Assembly (NCBI GenBank): GCA_965153355.1
Contig: OZ231126.1
Span: forward strand, 29,574,001 to 29,638,000
Direction of reading: 5' to 3'
DNA from: Flaccisagitta enflata
Lineage: Eukaryota
DNA length: 64,000 nt
The notes under the pieces are model-generated. The model saw only the letters and a program-made list of their open reading frames with translations, searched no databases and had not been told where the DNA came from. Both the position numbers and the translations under genes were made by a program. Position 1 is the first letter of the stretch; every line of letters starts with the position of its first letter. This document shows positions 45,465 through 61,234 of this stretch, piece after piece.

Positions 45465-46130
45465 GATAAGTTTATTTGCGAATATTGTTAGTTTGGAAAT
45501 GGGTGCACTATTCTTTTGGGTTGCAATGTAATGTTGTCCAAGTCATATAGTTTTTGGTTGAGAATGTCGGCGGTCCCAGTAAGGTTGACTCTCGATTTTT
45601 GCCTCTAGGGTATGGTTTCTTCACAACATTGCCTTTGGTAACTACATTATCTTTTGATAATTCACTTAACTTTTGGTGATTTTGTTCAAATTTGGATTAC
45701 TTTAATCAAGAGTTTGGGGTTGACTCAGAGTAACTTGGTGGATTTTTCTCAATTGGTGGGAAAAATCTTGATTTAAAGCTATGGATGTTATGAGCATTTT
45801 ACAATGGGAAGATCAGATAGGTGTGAGGAATGTAGTGTCACAATTCAGCACACAAATCTGGTACTCTTCTTGTCACTTGTACATTTCTTAAATAGCTGAC
45901 AATAGTGGGTTTTTCTTGCTATTGATTTGTATCTGTTGAGTCGCTCTTTGATAAGGTTTGAGGTGGAATTTTTGATAACTTTAAGGATAGTTGTCCTTTT
46001 TTTTTTTTTTTTTTGGGTTGCAATGTTATGCTGTCCAAGTCAAGAAGCATGCTCTCTAGTTTCACTTTCCTGCTGTCTATCATCTTCGATGTACAAATAA
46101 ATGTACGGCCGATTAAGTGTTGTTAAATGG
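45465..46130 (-). mobile_element. Highly decayed LINE ORF2 remnant (mirrored at about 60460-61135)
   Basis: Fragments ARKTHYCQLFKKCTSDKKST and APISKLTIFANKL resemble the LINE pre-RT KxxYYxxxF..W and YRPISLL motifs. Many stops. Confidence 0.4.
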
Positions 46131-47735
46131 AGTTTACACTTACATATTTTGAACTATCCATTTTAAGTGCGTCCTCGCACATCTATAAGAGGCTGTGTCT
46201 GTGGGTCTATCTGCCTGTGGGTTGGGTGCTTCACATAGCAAAAGTTGCTTATTTCTTTTCATCCTCTTTACCTAATGTGGAGTGGCCAATTTTAGGACCC
46301 TTACCATTTTTCTTTTATCAAAAATTGTTCATCTTCCGTTTTTTAGAAAATTGTTTTTAAGAGCCTAATTTGTATATTGCAGTCGGATAAAACAATATGC
46401 TGATCTTATTTGAATTAGCTTTTACAAATTTCTACTCTTTATAGAATTGTTAATCTACCTTTTCACAAGCTCTTTTATAATTTATGCTCTGATATTTTAA
46501 TTCATTTTTACAAAAATCACAATTTTCTAAAACTAATAATTGGTCCTTTTGTAACAAGACTACACAGGATTCTGCTGAAACCTGAGGAAACTTTAAGGTC
46601 AAAACAAAAATGGAAGATGAAGGAATTTTGAGAAAAGGAAAACGGTTATCTTCATGATTTTTTTCACTCCGTATTGGGTTAGCGGGACAAGAAGAAAATC
46701 AAATTTTTTTCTATACGAAGCGCCCAAGCCTGTGGGTCGGTATGTCTGTCGGTCGGTTACGCAAACGTTTTCAAACAATCATGACAGGCATTGACAGCCG
46801 ATTTTTGCGCAAACCTTCACTACTTTCATGCCTTCAGCGTAGTTTCATTCATTCATACATTCATTTTCAATCAGCGAGGCACACTTATTAGTCATGACTT
46901 GGCCTTGATTTCGGAAAAAGAGAGAGAGCGAAAAAAACGAGTGACGCGGGGTCACAATATCGTTGCGGGAGGGTGGGCAGGGGCATCCAACCCCAATCCA
47001 CACCCATAACCCCACTCCGTATACAATCATACATACACAAGAAGTATCCAAATCGCTCATTTTTCCACTTGTCACTCGATCACTTCTACGGACGGACGGA
47101 TGGATGGACGGACGGACTTGTAGAGTTGCGTGTCCGCAACTAAAAAAAGTTTCAATAGAGATATCCCCAGCGGGTTAAAGAGAGGCTTGTTCTTTTTTAA
47201 TCAACAGAAAAAGATGTCAGCAAGGGACGATTCCAGTGTTAAAACAAATGAAGAGAGTGTTCGAGCTCTGAAATCTCAAAACTCTCCTGAACCGAGCCTC
47301 CTCCAGGCCAAGCTTCGGAGTTTGATTCAGTAATTGAAAACTACTCAAAGAAAAGTAATGAGTGAGTAAATTGGTGTCGAGGAAACAGTGATGACACTCT
47401 CCTGTCGCTCAAGATAACCTCCTCAACTTCGTTCGACTTTTAAATGCAAAGCTTTGCCATGTCATGTAAGCCGGCATGAGACTTGGGGAAAAAAGGGGGT
47501 GTGCGTTTAGCTCATCACTCAATTGTGATCTTTCCCTCGGTCAGTGATCAAAACTGGTTTCTAACTCGAAGTCAAAAACCATCGTGAATCAACAAAATTG
47601 ACAATCAACAATCTCAAAACCCCAAATCATCTTACCAACTGAGTTTTTAAAGATATACATTTTAAAGAAAGTACCTTTTCAACGGAAACTAAGCAAGAGA
47701 AAAGAGAATCAAAAGCATGAACCAAAATTGAAATC

Positions 47736-48847
47736 ATGTCTCATCGAGAAAATTCATCTCCAGTTTCTGATGACGAGCTGATCAATACTTCTCCAACGTC
47801 ATCACATCACAGAGAAATCAGGGGTGAGTTAGTTCACATGTTGGAAGGGGCCGATGCAATGGAATGAATGGATGGTATCAATCTTTGTGGCTTTGATACA
47901 ATTATCACAGGGCACAATATTTGCCCATGCAAACAACATTTACCCATGTCAACAACAAGTTTTTTTTTCTGCAAGAGATAGGAAGGAGTGCAACAAGACG
48001 GTCGATTAACAGGCCTGAATGCAGTAGTTTCTGTAGGTCCTGCTGTCATTGCTGTTCCTGAAGTACTAAATCATTCCCGTCCATTTGTTTTCTATTCTTA
48101 ACACTTAACGCCACTAAGTCCTTAACTCGATGGAGTGAAACAAAAAACGCGGGGTCACAATATCGCTGCGAACGGGTGGGCAGAGGCGGCCAACCCCCAT
48201 CCACACCCCACACCCTACTCACACAAACACGAAAATTTTCTAAAATGCTCGTTTTCCTACTTTTCCACGTGACTCGTGCTGACGGACGGACCGACAGACG
48301 GATAAAAACTCTGCATGTCCGCAACTAAAAAAGGGATGCTGCCAACTCATTGCCTCAACATCGTTCATTTAGAAACAGAGAGACGCTATCCTATTGGAAT
48401 GAATGAGTGAATTTTTGTGTTTTGAATGAACAAATAGATCAATGAATGGATAACTATATTCCATGGAATATTCATGGATAATTCTATTCCATGGAATATT
48501 CAATGGATATTTCTATTCCACCAAGTTTGATTTGATTTGCATCACTAGATGACGCGATAATTCTTGAAGAGTCGTCGAGCAACCAATTGCGCCACCGAGT
48601 GACGACTCGCGGTAGTGAAACGAACGAAAGGAACAAAAGGACAAGTTTTGTGTTGCGAAAAGATGCAACGACGAACGAAGACGAGGCGCTGGAACACCCC
48701 GAAGACGATGACCACACATTCTTTGCCAAGGTTCGCCGAGCTGCGTCTGAAATGCAATTTTTGTTGTTGCTGTTGTTGTTGTAGTTGTTGTTGCTTTGGT
48801 TGTCTGGTTGTCCTCGTCATTTAGAATCTACATGTACTCACGATTCA

Positions 48848-48905
<58 letters not shown>

Positions 48906-49470
48906 GGGACGTGATTTTGAGAGCGTAAACGTAAATCACAAATACACGAAAGAAGAGCGAAAAATCTTGGCAGGATTTGAAAGTCTTGACTATCTACCAT
49001 CACACAGCAAAGCCTTCCAGCAATGGCTAAAGAGACAACCTATCAGGTAAAAAAGACATACGACGCTAACAAAACAGCAACAACAACGCCAATTATACCA
49101 ACAGCAACAACGGCACTAGCTAAAGAGACAACCCTTCAGTTGTGAAAATGCTTATAACGACACAGCAACAAGAACAACAACAACAACGAAGAAGAACGAG
49201 ATCGTCGTCGACAACAACAGGATCAACAGCAACAATAACAACCACAAAGTATCGAGAAAAAGATCTTCAACGGGCAAGGGAATCAACAACAACAACAACA
49301 GCAACAACAACCCTTTTAAACAATTACATTATCTCAGGTTGGATTGGGACCGCTGGATTATGATGGGGATCATAGGATTTCTTGTTGGCCTGGTCGGGTT
49401 TCTAAATGGACAACTGATTCATGTCATCACAGAGACCAAGTGGGAACACGGCATTGAATACATTTCTAAA
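47736..49470 (+). CDS. CLC-family chloride channel/transporter (ClC-6/7 branch, CLC-C-like), N-terminal 181 codons only, left copy
   Basis: Exons 47736-47823, 48549-48730, 48907-49046 and 49338-49470 are in phase. Peptide FFAKGRDFESVNVNHKYT..FESLDYLPSHS..WLKRQPIRLDWDRWIMMGIIGFLVGLVGF has the ESLDY motif plus the first TM helix. No GSGIPE exon found before the palindrome centre. Confidence 0.85.
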
Positions 49471-51460
49471 GTAAGTTGTACACACCTTTATTTATAACAT
49501 TTTATTCAATTAGCATACGACGAAGTTAGGGGTAACCAGTAATGGCGATTGTCGCCGTGAGAAAAAAGTCAAAGCATTGTTCACTATTCACCAAAATTTT
49601 ATTTTCAGTTATTGCAAATTGTTTTATTTGTTAGATGGAATCAAAAACAATTTTATGTATTGATTGCACTGAAAATCAGAGCAAAAAAGAACCGAGCCAT
49701 ATGAACTAAAATACTCAAAACCATTCAACCAGACAACCAGCTACGCTCACTGGCATGCTTTCTTATATTAGCATACTCACATCAAAACATTTATTCATTT
49801 ATCCCATTTTAATAAAAAAACTGAGCCAAGTAAAGTAAATGAGTTAACACCTGTCCGGATATTATTGTCCCAAAATCAAACGACTGTCAAATCAAAACGG
49901 GGATATCTAGCAACATGAAGATTTTTCCGCCAGTTAGAGCTTGAAAAAATCTTCATTTTGCTCATGAATTTTGCCTGGATTGCTTCATACAAAATTGAAT
50001 AAGATAAGAAACAGTAAAAACATTGCCCATGCAAATCATTGCAAAATTACCAGAAAAACCTAATCGAATTCAGATATCTACGAAATCTATAAAAAGATAG
50101 ATACTCAGATGCGGATTTCACAGCTAAAAAGCTTTTGAAAAGTTCTTCAATTTGACCATGGATTTTGATGGATTTCTTAAAGGTCAACCCTTTGAAAATT
50201 CAAACCATAACTATAGAAAAATTTATACCTGGGCGTTCCTGGCTAGTGGTCAAGGGGTGATTAAGTTGATATGAAGCAACCAAAATGGGATTAAATACAG
50301 AAAACAATGTGAAACATACAAGAAAGTACTCATCTGACATCCAATAACAGAGATTTATATTGTTCCTCACCAGCTGTAGTGAGGCCGTTAAAGTTGTGAC
50401 ACTACTGGGACAATAATATCCGGACAGTTGTTAGAATATTGAAAAACAGATGAGCTGTATTTGCTTGCTGAAACATAAATCAAAATATTTATTCATTTAT
50501 CTCAATTGAAATCAGAAAAAAAAAGGCTGAGCTAAATGAGCTTGAGGAGCTAGAATGCTCAAAAACACTCACAGATGAGCGACTATACTCATAAACATGT
50601 TTTCATGTATTTGCATACCTAAACAATCATAAATACACTCCTTTATTGATCTTACACAAAATCATAATAAATAAAAAAAAATTCAATAAGAATTTTCCAT
50701 AGAAAAATCTTTAACAATTTATAACACAAATAAAAAAATATTTGTCTCGGAGCATTCTGCTTGGCGCCAAATGAAAGAAAATTATCAAAATTATTTACCC
50801 TTTCGATTTCATTGGAAGCCCCAATTTGTTGGTGGAGATCATAGACTTCCTTGTACGAAATATGTCAAAAAGTTGAAGACTGACTAACTTTTCTCCCGAT
50901 TAACACCAAAAGACGGCCGACAATTCTTTGAATTGGAAGAAATAAAAATTGCAGAAGTTTTTTTGCAAGAGTTTTTTTATTATCAATATTATTAAAATTC
51001 AGCCTACAAGATACAGTGCATCATTGCAGTTTATACATTCATCAATTCGGCATCGTAACCGGTTACGAAAAGTCAAGTATGATGGGTGCACATCTTTTGT
51101 CCCATTAGATATGGGCGACATAACAAAAATATACTACCTAGTACCTAGTACCTACATCTGAAATTAGGAAGAAAAAAAAAAAAAAAAAAACAAAAACAAT
51201 AACAAAAAGCAAAAAAAAAAAAAAAAGACAAAACAAAAACTTCAAGCTCCAGGTTCTCCTGAACTTAGTGGAAAGAAAAAAATGAAACAAAAAAAAAAAA
51301 AGAAAAAAAAAGCAACAGTTAAACTCGAAAGCAAACAAACAAATGATATCATGAAAATAAAGTTTCAGATTCTTGGAACACGCATATTAAGCCGTGACTG
51401 AGAATGAAGACAGTCATCCACTAAATAACCATATCATCTCCCCTGTTGTTGTTGTTGTAG

Positions 51461-51521
<61 letters not shown>

Positions 51522-51622
51522 CCTTGAGCAGAAGTTCGCGCATCCTTCCGTTCACGCTAAGAGACTAAGCATGTACATGTACATATACTGAGCACGTATA
51601 TTGTATGTATTCATGTGTGCTT

Positions 51623-52905
<1,283 letters not shown>

Positions 52906-53309
52906 TGTTCTTTTTCCTTTTTATTTCTATCTTTATAGTAGAAGAAAAAAAGATAATGTAAACATGAAGCTGAAAGTACGGCGAACCTTTGTCTGTCTGA
53001 TGAATAATAGGTATAAAAGCCCCAATCAAAAGTTGCGTTCACCATGGCCCTTGCTCACGAGTTAGAGAAATCCACTTTTGTTTAAAATCTCGTACTACAG
53101 TTGAACCCCGCTCTAACGGACCCGCCACCAACGGAATTCCGCCTATAACAGACATAAACTAAAAGTCCCTTCAAGTTAATTTCTTTTATTTCCTTTGTTG
53201 GCAATAACAGCTTTTTGATGTTATTCGGTGTTTTTAACGCGCACGCGACTAAAAATCAAGCGAATACGAATAACATCAAAAAAGATGGACGGGCCGTGAT
53301 TTCGACATA

Positions 53310-53485
53310 CAGTTGAACCTCGCTCTAACGGATGTCAGGGGACCAACAATTTCTTCTGTTATAGGCGGACTTCTGTTATTGCCAACAAAGGAAATAAAAG
53401 AAATTAACTTAAAGGGACTATGAATTTGTGTCTGTTATAGGCGGAATTCCGTTGGTGGCGGGTCCGTTAGAGCGGGGTTCAACTG
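53310..53485. mobile_element. TA-flanked CAGTTGAAC MITE (pogo/Tigger-like) at the palindrome centre, with a partial inverted copy at 53098-53210
   Basis: TA-CAGTTGAACCTCGCTCTAACGGA ... TCCGTTAGAGCGGGGTTCAACTG-TA. Related fragment at about 1675-1755. Confidence 0.85.
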
Positions 53486-53677
53486 TAGTACAAGATTTTA
53501 AACAAAAGTGGATTTCTCTAACTCGTGAGCAAGGGCCATGGTGAACGCAACTTTTGATTGGGGCTTTTATACCTATTATTCATCAGACAGACAAAGGTTC
53601 GCCGTACTTTCAGCTTCATGTTTACATTATCTTTTTTTCTTCTACTATAAAGATAGAAATAAAAAGGAAAAAGAACA

Positions 53678-54291
53678 ATGAGTAAACGTCCGTCTGTCCG
53701 TCCGTCGGCAGCTCCGTCGATGGCGCCATCAGTTGGTGCCTCCGTCCCACCACCGCCGTCAAAGACTGCATCCATCCCACCAAAACAACAACAACAACAA
53801 CCACTTCCGCCTTTTATTCTTCCTTTCAACGCTCATTGTCACAATCTTCTACTCAACACATCCGACGATCAACAACAAGACCCACAGCCTCTGTATTTGG
53901 ACGGTCTGAATCATTGTCCCGAGTGCAACCCGAAGCATTTCGTCGACGCCCCGCGATGTCATCACGATCTGCGTCTTTGTCGCGTCACTGGTCGGCCGCT
54001 TCGAAGACGCGACGCCGAAGCCATCGAGGATTACACTTTAAGAGTCAACGAAGTGTTTAAAGTGTGTCCCATGGAAAGAGAATGGACCGTCGCCACGTCC
54101 AATTATTTCAAGATGGATTTCTTTCACACTTGGCTCGAAGGGCTCAGGTAGGATGAGTTGGTATCCGGTGCGTGGTCGTTGTTGCTCTTGTTGTTGTCGT
54201 CGTTTGTGTTGAAGTTGTGTTGTAGCTTTTTGTTGTTGTCGAATGACCATCATGTAACGTGTGGTTGTTGTCATTGTTGCTGTCGGCATAA

Positions 54292-54350
<59 letters not shown>

Positions 54351-54853
54351 TCTCTGTCTCTCTCTCTCTCTCTCTCTTAATGATCATGCATTCCAATATT
54401 TGTCCTACGTTCTTCCTCAGATCCAAATACATGACTACGATCGTTCTCTCAATGGATCCTACATCCCCATCCTTCCCCGCATCCGCCGCCACAACAGCAG
54501 CAGCGACAACATCATCCTCTACCGATGGCAATCAGCTGACGGTCGAACGGGCCGTCAACGCTCTCCGCCAAATCGCTCGTCAAGAAGACTTTATCCGGCA
54601 ACTGGAGGCTCGACGTTGCGGCGGTCGCGTCACACCGCCTCATGTCCTCGATCCGGGCTTCATCGAAGATGGATTCCCGACGGACCGTTCGAGATGGTCG
54701 ACGTCGACGGCGACGACGGTGTTAGGAGGGCTGTCGTTGAAGCCCAAGAAGCGCGTCAACGAAACCTCGCAGTTTGTGAGGATCGTGAAAGTGAATCCCG
54801 GCGAGCACGATTTTGACGATTTGGATGCCGATGGAACCAAAATATGGATTTGA
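53678..54853 (+). CDS. Uncharacterised two-exon protein, 300 aa, right copy
   Basis: Exon 1 53678-54147, intron 54148-54420 (GTAGGA...CCTCAG), exon 2 54421-54853. 903 nt open from ATG to TGA. Confidence 0.75.
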
Positions 54854-55002
54854 AAGCACACATGAATACATACAATATACGTGCTCAGTATATGTACATG
54901 TACATGCTTAGTCTCTTAGCGTGAACGGAAGGATGCGCGAACTTCTGAACAACAACAACAACAACGATAACCAACAATCTCCACACTTACTTCAACCACT
55001 TT

Positions 55003-55048
<46 letters not shown>

Positions 55049-57061
55049 CTACAACAACAACAACAGGGGAGATGATATGGTTATTTAGTGGATGACTGTC
55101 TTCATTCTCAGTCACGGCTTAATATGCGTGTTCCAAGAATCTGAAACTTTATTTTCATGATATCATTTGTTTGTTTGCTTTCGAGTTTAACTGTTGCTTT
55201 TTTTTTTTTTTTTTTTTTTTGTTTCATTTTTTTCTTTCCACTAATTCATCAGTTCAGGAGAACCTGGAGCCTAGCAAGTTTTGTTTTGTCTTTTTTTTTT
55301 TTTTTTTGCTTTTTTTGTTGTTGTTGTTGTTTTTTTTTTGTTTTTTTTTGTTTTTTTTTCTTCCTAATTTCAGATGTAGGTACTAGGTACTAGGTAGTAT
55401 ATTTTTGTTATGTCGCCCATATCTAATGGGACAAAAGATGTGCACCCATCATACTTGACTTTTCGTAACCGGTGACGATGCCGAATTGATGAATGTATAA
55501 ACTGCAATGATGCACTGTATCTTGTAGGCTGAATTTTAATAATATTGATAATAAAAAAACTCTTGCAAAAAAACTTCTGCAATTTTTATTTCTTCCAATT
55601 CAAAGAATTGTCGGCCGTCTTTTGGTGTTAATCGGGAGAAAAGTTAGTCAGTCTTCAACTTTTTGACATATTTCGTACAAGGAAGTCTATGATCTCCACC
55701 AACAAATTGGGGCTTCCAATGAAATCGAAAGGGTAAATAATTTTGATAATTTTCTTTCATTTGGCGCCAAGCAGAATGCTCCGAGACAAATATTTTTTTA
55801 TTTGTGTTATAAATTGTTAAAGATTTTTCTATGGAAAATTCTTATTGAATTTTTTTTTATTTTTTATGATTTTGTGTAAGATCAATAAAGGAGTGTATTT
55901 ATGATTGTTTAGGTATGCAAATACATGAAAACATGTTTATGAGTATAGTCGCTCATCTGTGAGTGTTTTTGAGCATTCTAGCTCCTCAAGCTCATTTAGC
56001 TCAGCCTTTTTTTTTCTGATTTCAATTGAGATAAATGAATAAATATTTTGATTTATGTTTCAGCAAGCAAATACAGCTCATCTGTTTTTCAATATTCTAA
56101 CAACTGTCCGGATATTATTGTCCCAGTCGTGTCACAACTTTAACGGCCTCACTACAGCTGGTGAGGAACAATATAAATCTGTTATTTGATGTCAGATGAG
56201 TACTTCCCAGTATGTTTCATATTGTTTTCTGTATTTAATCCCATTTTGGTTGCTTCATATCAACTTAATCACCCCTTGACCACTAGCCAGCAAGGCCCAG
56301 ATATAAATTTTTCCATAGCTTTAGTTAGAATTTTTAAAGGGTTGACCTTTAAGAAATCCATCAAAATCCATGGTCAAATTGAAGAACTTTTCAAAAGCTT
56401 TTTAGCTGTGAAATCCGCATCTGAGTATCTATCTTTTTATAGATTTCGTAGATATCTGAATTCGATTAGGTTTTTCTGGTAATTTTGCAATGATTTGCAT
56501 GGGCAATGTTTTTACTGTTTCTTATCTTATTCAATTTTGTATGAAGCAATCCAGGCAAAAGGGGTTCATGAGCAAAATGAAGATTTTTCAAGCTCTAACT
56601 GGCGGAAAAATCTTCATGTTGCTAGATATCCCTGTTTTGATTTGACAGTCGTTTGATTTTGGGACAATAATATCCGGACAGGTGTTAACTCATTTACTTT
56701 ACTTGGCTCAGTTTTTTTATTAAAATGGGATAAATGAATAAATGTTTTGATGTGAGTATGCTAATATAAGAAAGCATGCCAGTGAGCGTAGCTGGTTGTC
56801 TGGTTGAATGGTTTTGAGTATTTTAGTTCATATGGCTCGGTTCTTTTTTGCTCTGATTTTCAGTGCAATCAATACATAAAATTGTTTTTGATTCCATCTA
56901 ACAAATAAAACAATTTGCAATAACTGAAAATAAAATTTTGGTGAATAGTGAACAATGCTTTGACTTTTTTCTCACGGCGACAATCGCCATTACTGGTTAC
57001 CCCTAACTTCGTCGTATGCTAATTGAATAAAATGTTATAAATAAAGGTGTGTACAACTTAC

Positions 57062-57631
57062 TTTAGAAATGTATTCAATGCCGTGTTCCCACTTGGTCTC
57101 TGTGATGACATGAATCAGTTGTCCATTTAGAAACCCGACCAGGCCAACAAGAAATCCTATGATCCCCATCATAATCCAGCGGTCCCAATCCAACCTGAGA
57201 TAATGTAATTGTTTAAAAGGGTTGTTGTTGCTGCTGTTGTTGTTGTTGATTCCCTTGCCCGTTGAAGATCTTTTTCTCGATACTTTGTGGTTGTTATATT
57301 GTTGCTGTTGATCCTGTTGTTGTCGACGACGATCTCGTTCTTCTTCGTTGTTGTTGTTGTTCTTGTTGCTGTGTCGTTATAAGCATTTTCACAACTGAAG
57401 GGTTGTCTCTTTAGCTAGTGCCGTTGTTGCTGTTGGTATAATTGGCGTTGTTGTTGCTGTTTTGTTAGCGTCGTATGTCTTTTTTACCTGATAGGTTGTC
57501 TCTTTAGCCATTGCTGGAAGGCTTTGCTGTGTGATGGTAGATAGTCAAGACTTTCAAATCCTGCCAAGATTTTCCGCTCTTCTTTCGTGTATTTGTGATT
57601 TACGTTTACGCTCTCAAAATCACGTCCCTGT

Positions 57632-57729
<98 letters not shown>

Positions 57730-58856
57730 TGAATCCGTGAGTACATGTAGATTCTAAATGACGAGGACAACCAGACAACCAAAGCAACAACAACTACAAC
57801 AACAACAGCAACAACAAAAATTGCATTTCAGACGCAGCTCGGCGAACCTTGGCAAAGAATGTGTGGTCATCGTCTTCGGGGTGTTCCAGCGCCTCGTCTT
57901 CGTTCGTCGTTGCATCTTTTCGCAACACAAAACTTGTCCTTTTGTTCCTTTCGTTCGTTTCACTACCGCGAGTCGTCACTCGGTGGCGCAATTGGTTGCT
58001 CGACGACTCTTCAAGAATTATCGCGTCATCTAGTGATGCAAATCAAATCAAACTTGGTGGAATAGAAATATCCATTGAATATTCCATGGAATAGAATTAT
58101 CCATGAATATTCCATGGAATATAGTTATCCATTCATTGATCTATTTGTTCATTCAAAACACAAAAATTCACTCATTCATTCCAATAGGATAGCGTCTCTC
58201 TGTTTCTAAATGAACGATGTTGAGGCAATGAGTTGGCAGCATCCCTTTTTTAGTTGCGGACATGCAGAGTTTTTATCCGTCTGTCGGTCCGTCCGTCAGC
58301 ACGAGTCACGTGGAAAAGTAGGAAAACGAGCATTTTAGAAAATTTTCGTGTTTGTGTGAGTAGGGTGTGGGGTGTGGATGGGGGTTGGCCGCCTCTGCCC
58401 ACCCGTTCGCAGCGATATTGTGACCCCGCGTTTTTTGTTTCACTCCATCGAGTTAAGGACTTAGTGGCGTTAAGTGTTAAGAATAGAAAACAAATGGACG
58501 GGAATGATTTAGTACTTCAGGAACAGCAATGACAGCAGGACCTACAGAAACTACTGCATTCAGGCCTGTTAATCGACCGTCTTGTTGCACTCCTTCCTAT
58601 CTCTTGCAGAAAAAAAACTTGTTGTTGACATGGGTAAATGTGACATGGGTAAATGTTGTTTGCATGGGCAAATATTGTGCCCTGTGATAATTGTATCAAA
58701 GCCACAAAGATTGATACCATCCATTCATTCCATTGCATCGGCCCCTTCCAACATGTGAACTAACTCACCCCTGATTTCTCTGTGATGTGATGACGTTGGA
58801 GAAGTATTGATCAGCTCGTCATCAGAAACTGGAGATGAATTTTCTCGATGAGACAT
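57062..58856 (-). CDS. CLC-family chloride channel/transporter N-terminus, right (mirrored) copy
   Basis: Exons 58856-58769, 58029-57848, 57627-57488 and 57194-57062 have the same lengths as the left copy. One synonymous difference seen (CGA vs CGG). Confidence 0.85.
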
Positions 58857-61132
58857 GATTTCAATTTTGGTTCATGCTTTTGATTCTCTTTTCTCTTGCT
58901 TAGTTTCCGTTGAAAAGGTACTTTCTTTAAAATGTATATCTTTAAAAACTCAGTTGGTAAGATGATTTGGGGTTTTGAGATTGTTGATTGTCAATTTTGT
59001 TGATTCACGATGGTTTTTGACTTCGAGTTAGAAACCAGTTTTGATCACTGACCGAGGGAAAGATCACAATTGAGTGATGAGCTAAACGCACACCCCCTTT
59101 TTTCCCCAAGTCTCATGCCGGCTTACATGACATGGCAAAGCTTTGCATTTAAAAGTCGAACGAAGTTGAGGAGGTTATCTTGAGCGACAGGAGAGTGTCA
59201 TCACTGTTTCCTCGACACCAATTTACTCACTCATTACTTTTCTTTGAGTAGTTTTCAATTACTGAATCAAACTCCGAAGCTTGGCCTGGAGGAGGCTCGG
59301 TTCAGGAGAGTTTTGAGATTTCAGAGCTCGAACACTCTCTTCATTTGTTTTAACACTGGAATCGTCCCTTGCTGACATCTTTTTCTGTTGATTAAAAAAG
59401 AACAAGCCTCTCTTTAACCCGCTGGGGATATCTCTATTGAAACTTTTTTAGTTGCGGACACGCAACTCTACAAGTCCGTCCGTCCATCCATCCGTCCGTC
59501 CGTAGAAGTGATCGAGTGACAAGTGGAAAAATGAGCGATTTGGATACTTCTTGTGTATGTATGATTGTATACGGAGTGGGGTTATGGGTGTGGATTGGGG
59601 TTGGATGCCCCATCCCACCCACCCCCAACGATATTGTGACCCCGCGTCACTCGTTTTTTTCGCTCTCTCTCTTTTTCCGAAATCAAGGCCAAGTCATGAC
59701 TAATAAGTGTGCCTCGCTGATTGAAAATGAATGTATGAATGAATGAATCTACGCTGAAGGCATGAAAGTAGTGAAGGTTTGCGCAAAAATCGGCTGTCAA
59801 TGCCTGTCATGATTGTTTGAAAACGTTTGCGTAACCGACCGACAGACATACCGACCCACAGGCTTGGGCGCTTCGTATAGAAAAAAATTTGATTTTCTTC
59901 TTGTCCCGCTAACCCAATACGGAGTGAAAAAAATCATGAAGATAACCGTTTTCCTTTTCTCAAAATTCCTTCATCTTCCATTTTTGTTTTGACCTTAAAG
60001 TTTCCTCAGGTTTCAGCAGAATCCTGTGTAGTCTTGTTACAAAAGGACCAATTATTAGTTTTAGAAAATTGTGATTTTTGTAAAAATGAATTAAAATATC
60101 AGAGCATAAATTATAAAAGAGCTTGTGAAAAGGCAGATTAACAATTCTATAAAGAGTAGAAATTTGTAAAAGCTAATTCAAATAAGATCAGCATATTGTT
60201 TTATCCGACTGCAATATACAAATTAGGCTCTTAAAAACAATTTTCTAAAAAACGGAAGATGAACAATTTTTGATAAAAGAAAAATGGTAAGGGTCCTAAA
60301 ATTGGCCACTCCCACATTAGGTAAAGAGGATGAAAAGAAATAAGCAACTTTTGCTATGTGAAGCACCCAACCCACAGGCAGATAGACCCACAGACACAGC
60401 CTCTTATAGATGTGCGAGGACGCACTTAAAATGGATAGTTCAAAATATGTAAGTGTAAACTCCATTTAACAACACTTAATCGGCCGTACATTTATTTGTA
60501 CATCGAAGATGATAGACAGCAGGAAAGTGAAACTAGAGAGCATGCTTCTTGACTTGGACAGCATAACATTGCAACCCAAAAAAAAAAAAAAAAGGACAAC
60601 TATCCTTAAAGTTATCAAAAATTCCACCTCAAACCTTATCAAAGAGCGACTCAACAGATACAAATCAATAGCAAGAAAAACCCACTATTGTCAGCTATTT
60701 AAGAAATGTACAAGTGACAAGAAGAGTACCAGATTTGTGTGCTGAATTGTGACACTACATTCCTCACACCTATCTGATCTTCCCATTGTAAAATGCTCAT
60801 AACATCCATAGCTTTAAATCAAGATTTTTCCCACCAATTGAGAATAATCCACCAAGTTACTCTGAGTCAACCCCAAACTCTTGATTAAAGTAATCCAAAT
60901 TTGAACAAAATCACCAAAAGTTAAGTGAATTATCAAAAGATAATGTAGTTACCAAAGGCAATGTTGTGAAGAAACCATACCCTAGAGGCAAAAATCGAGA
61001 GTCAACCTTACTGGGACCGCCGACATTCTCAACCAAAAACTATATGACTTGGACAACATTACATTGCAACCCAAAAGAATAGTGCACCCATTTCCAAACT
61101 AACAATATTCGCAAATAAACTTATCCCCTTTA

Positions 61133-61234
<102 letters not shown>

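Noticed and set aside
47130-47333. ORF MSARDDSSVKTNEES... as the first CLC coding exon
   Set aside because: It has no good phase-1 donor. The exon 47736-47823 has an ATG, a strong GTGAGT donor and the correct phase.
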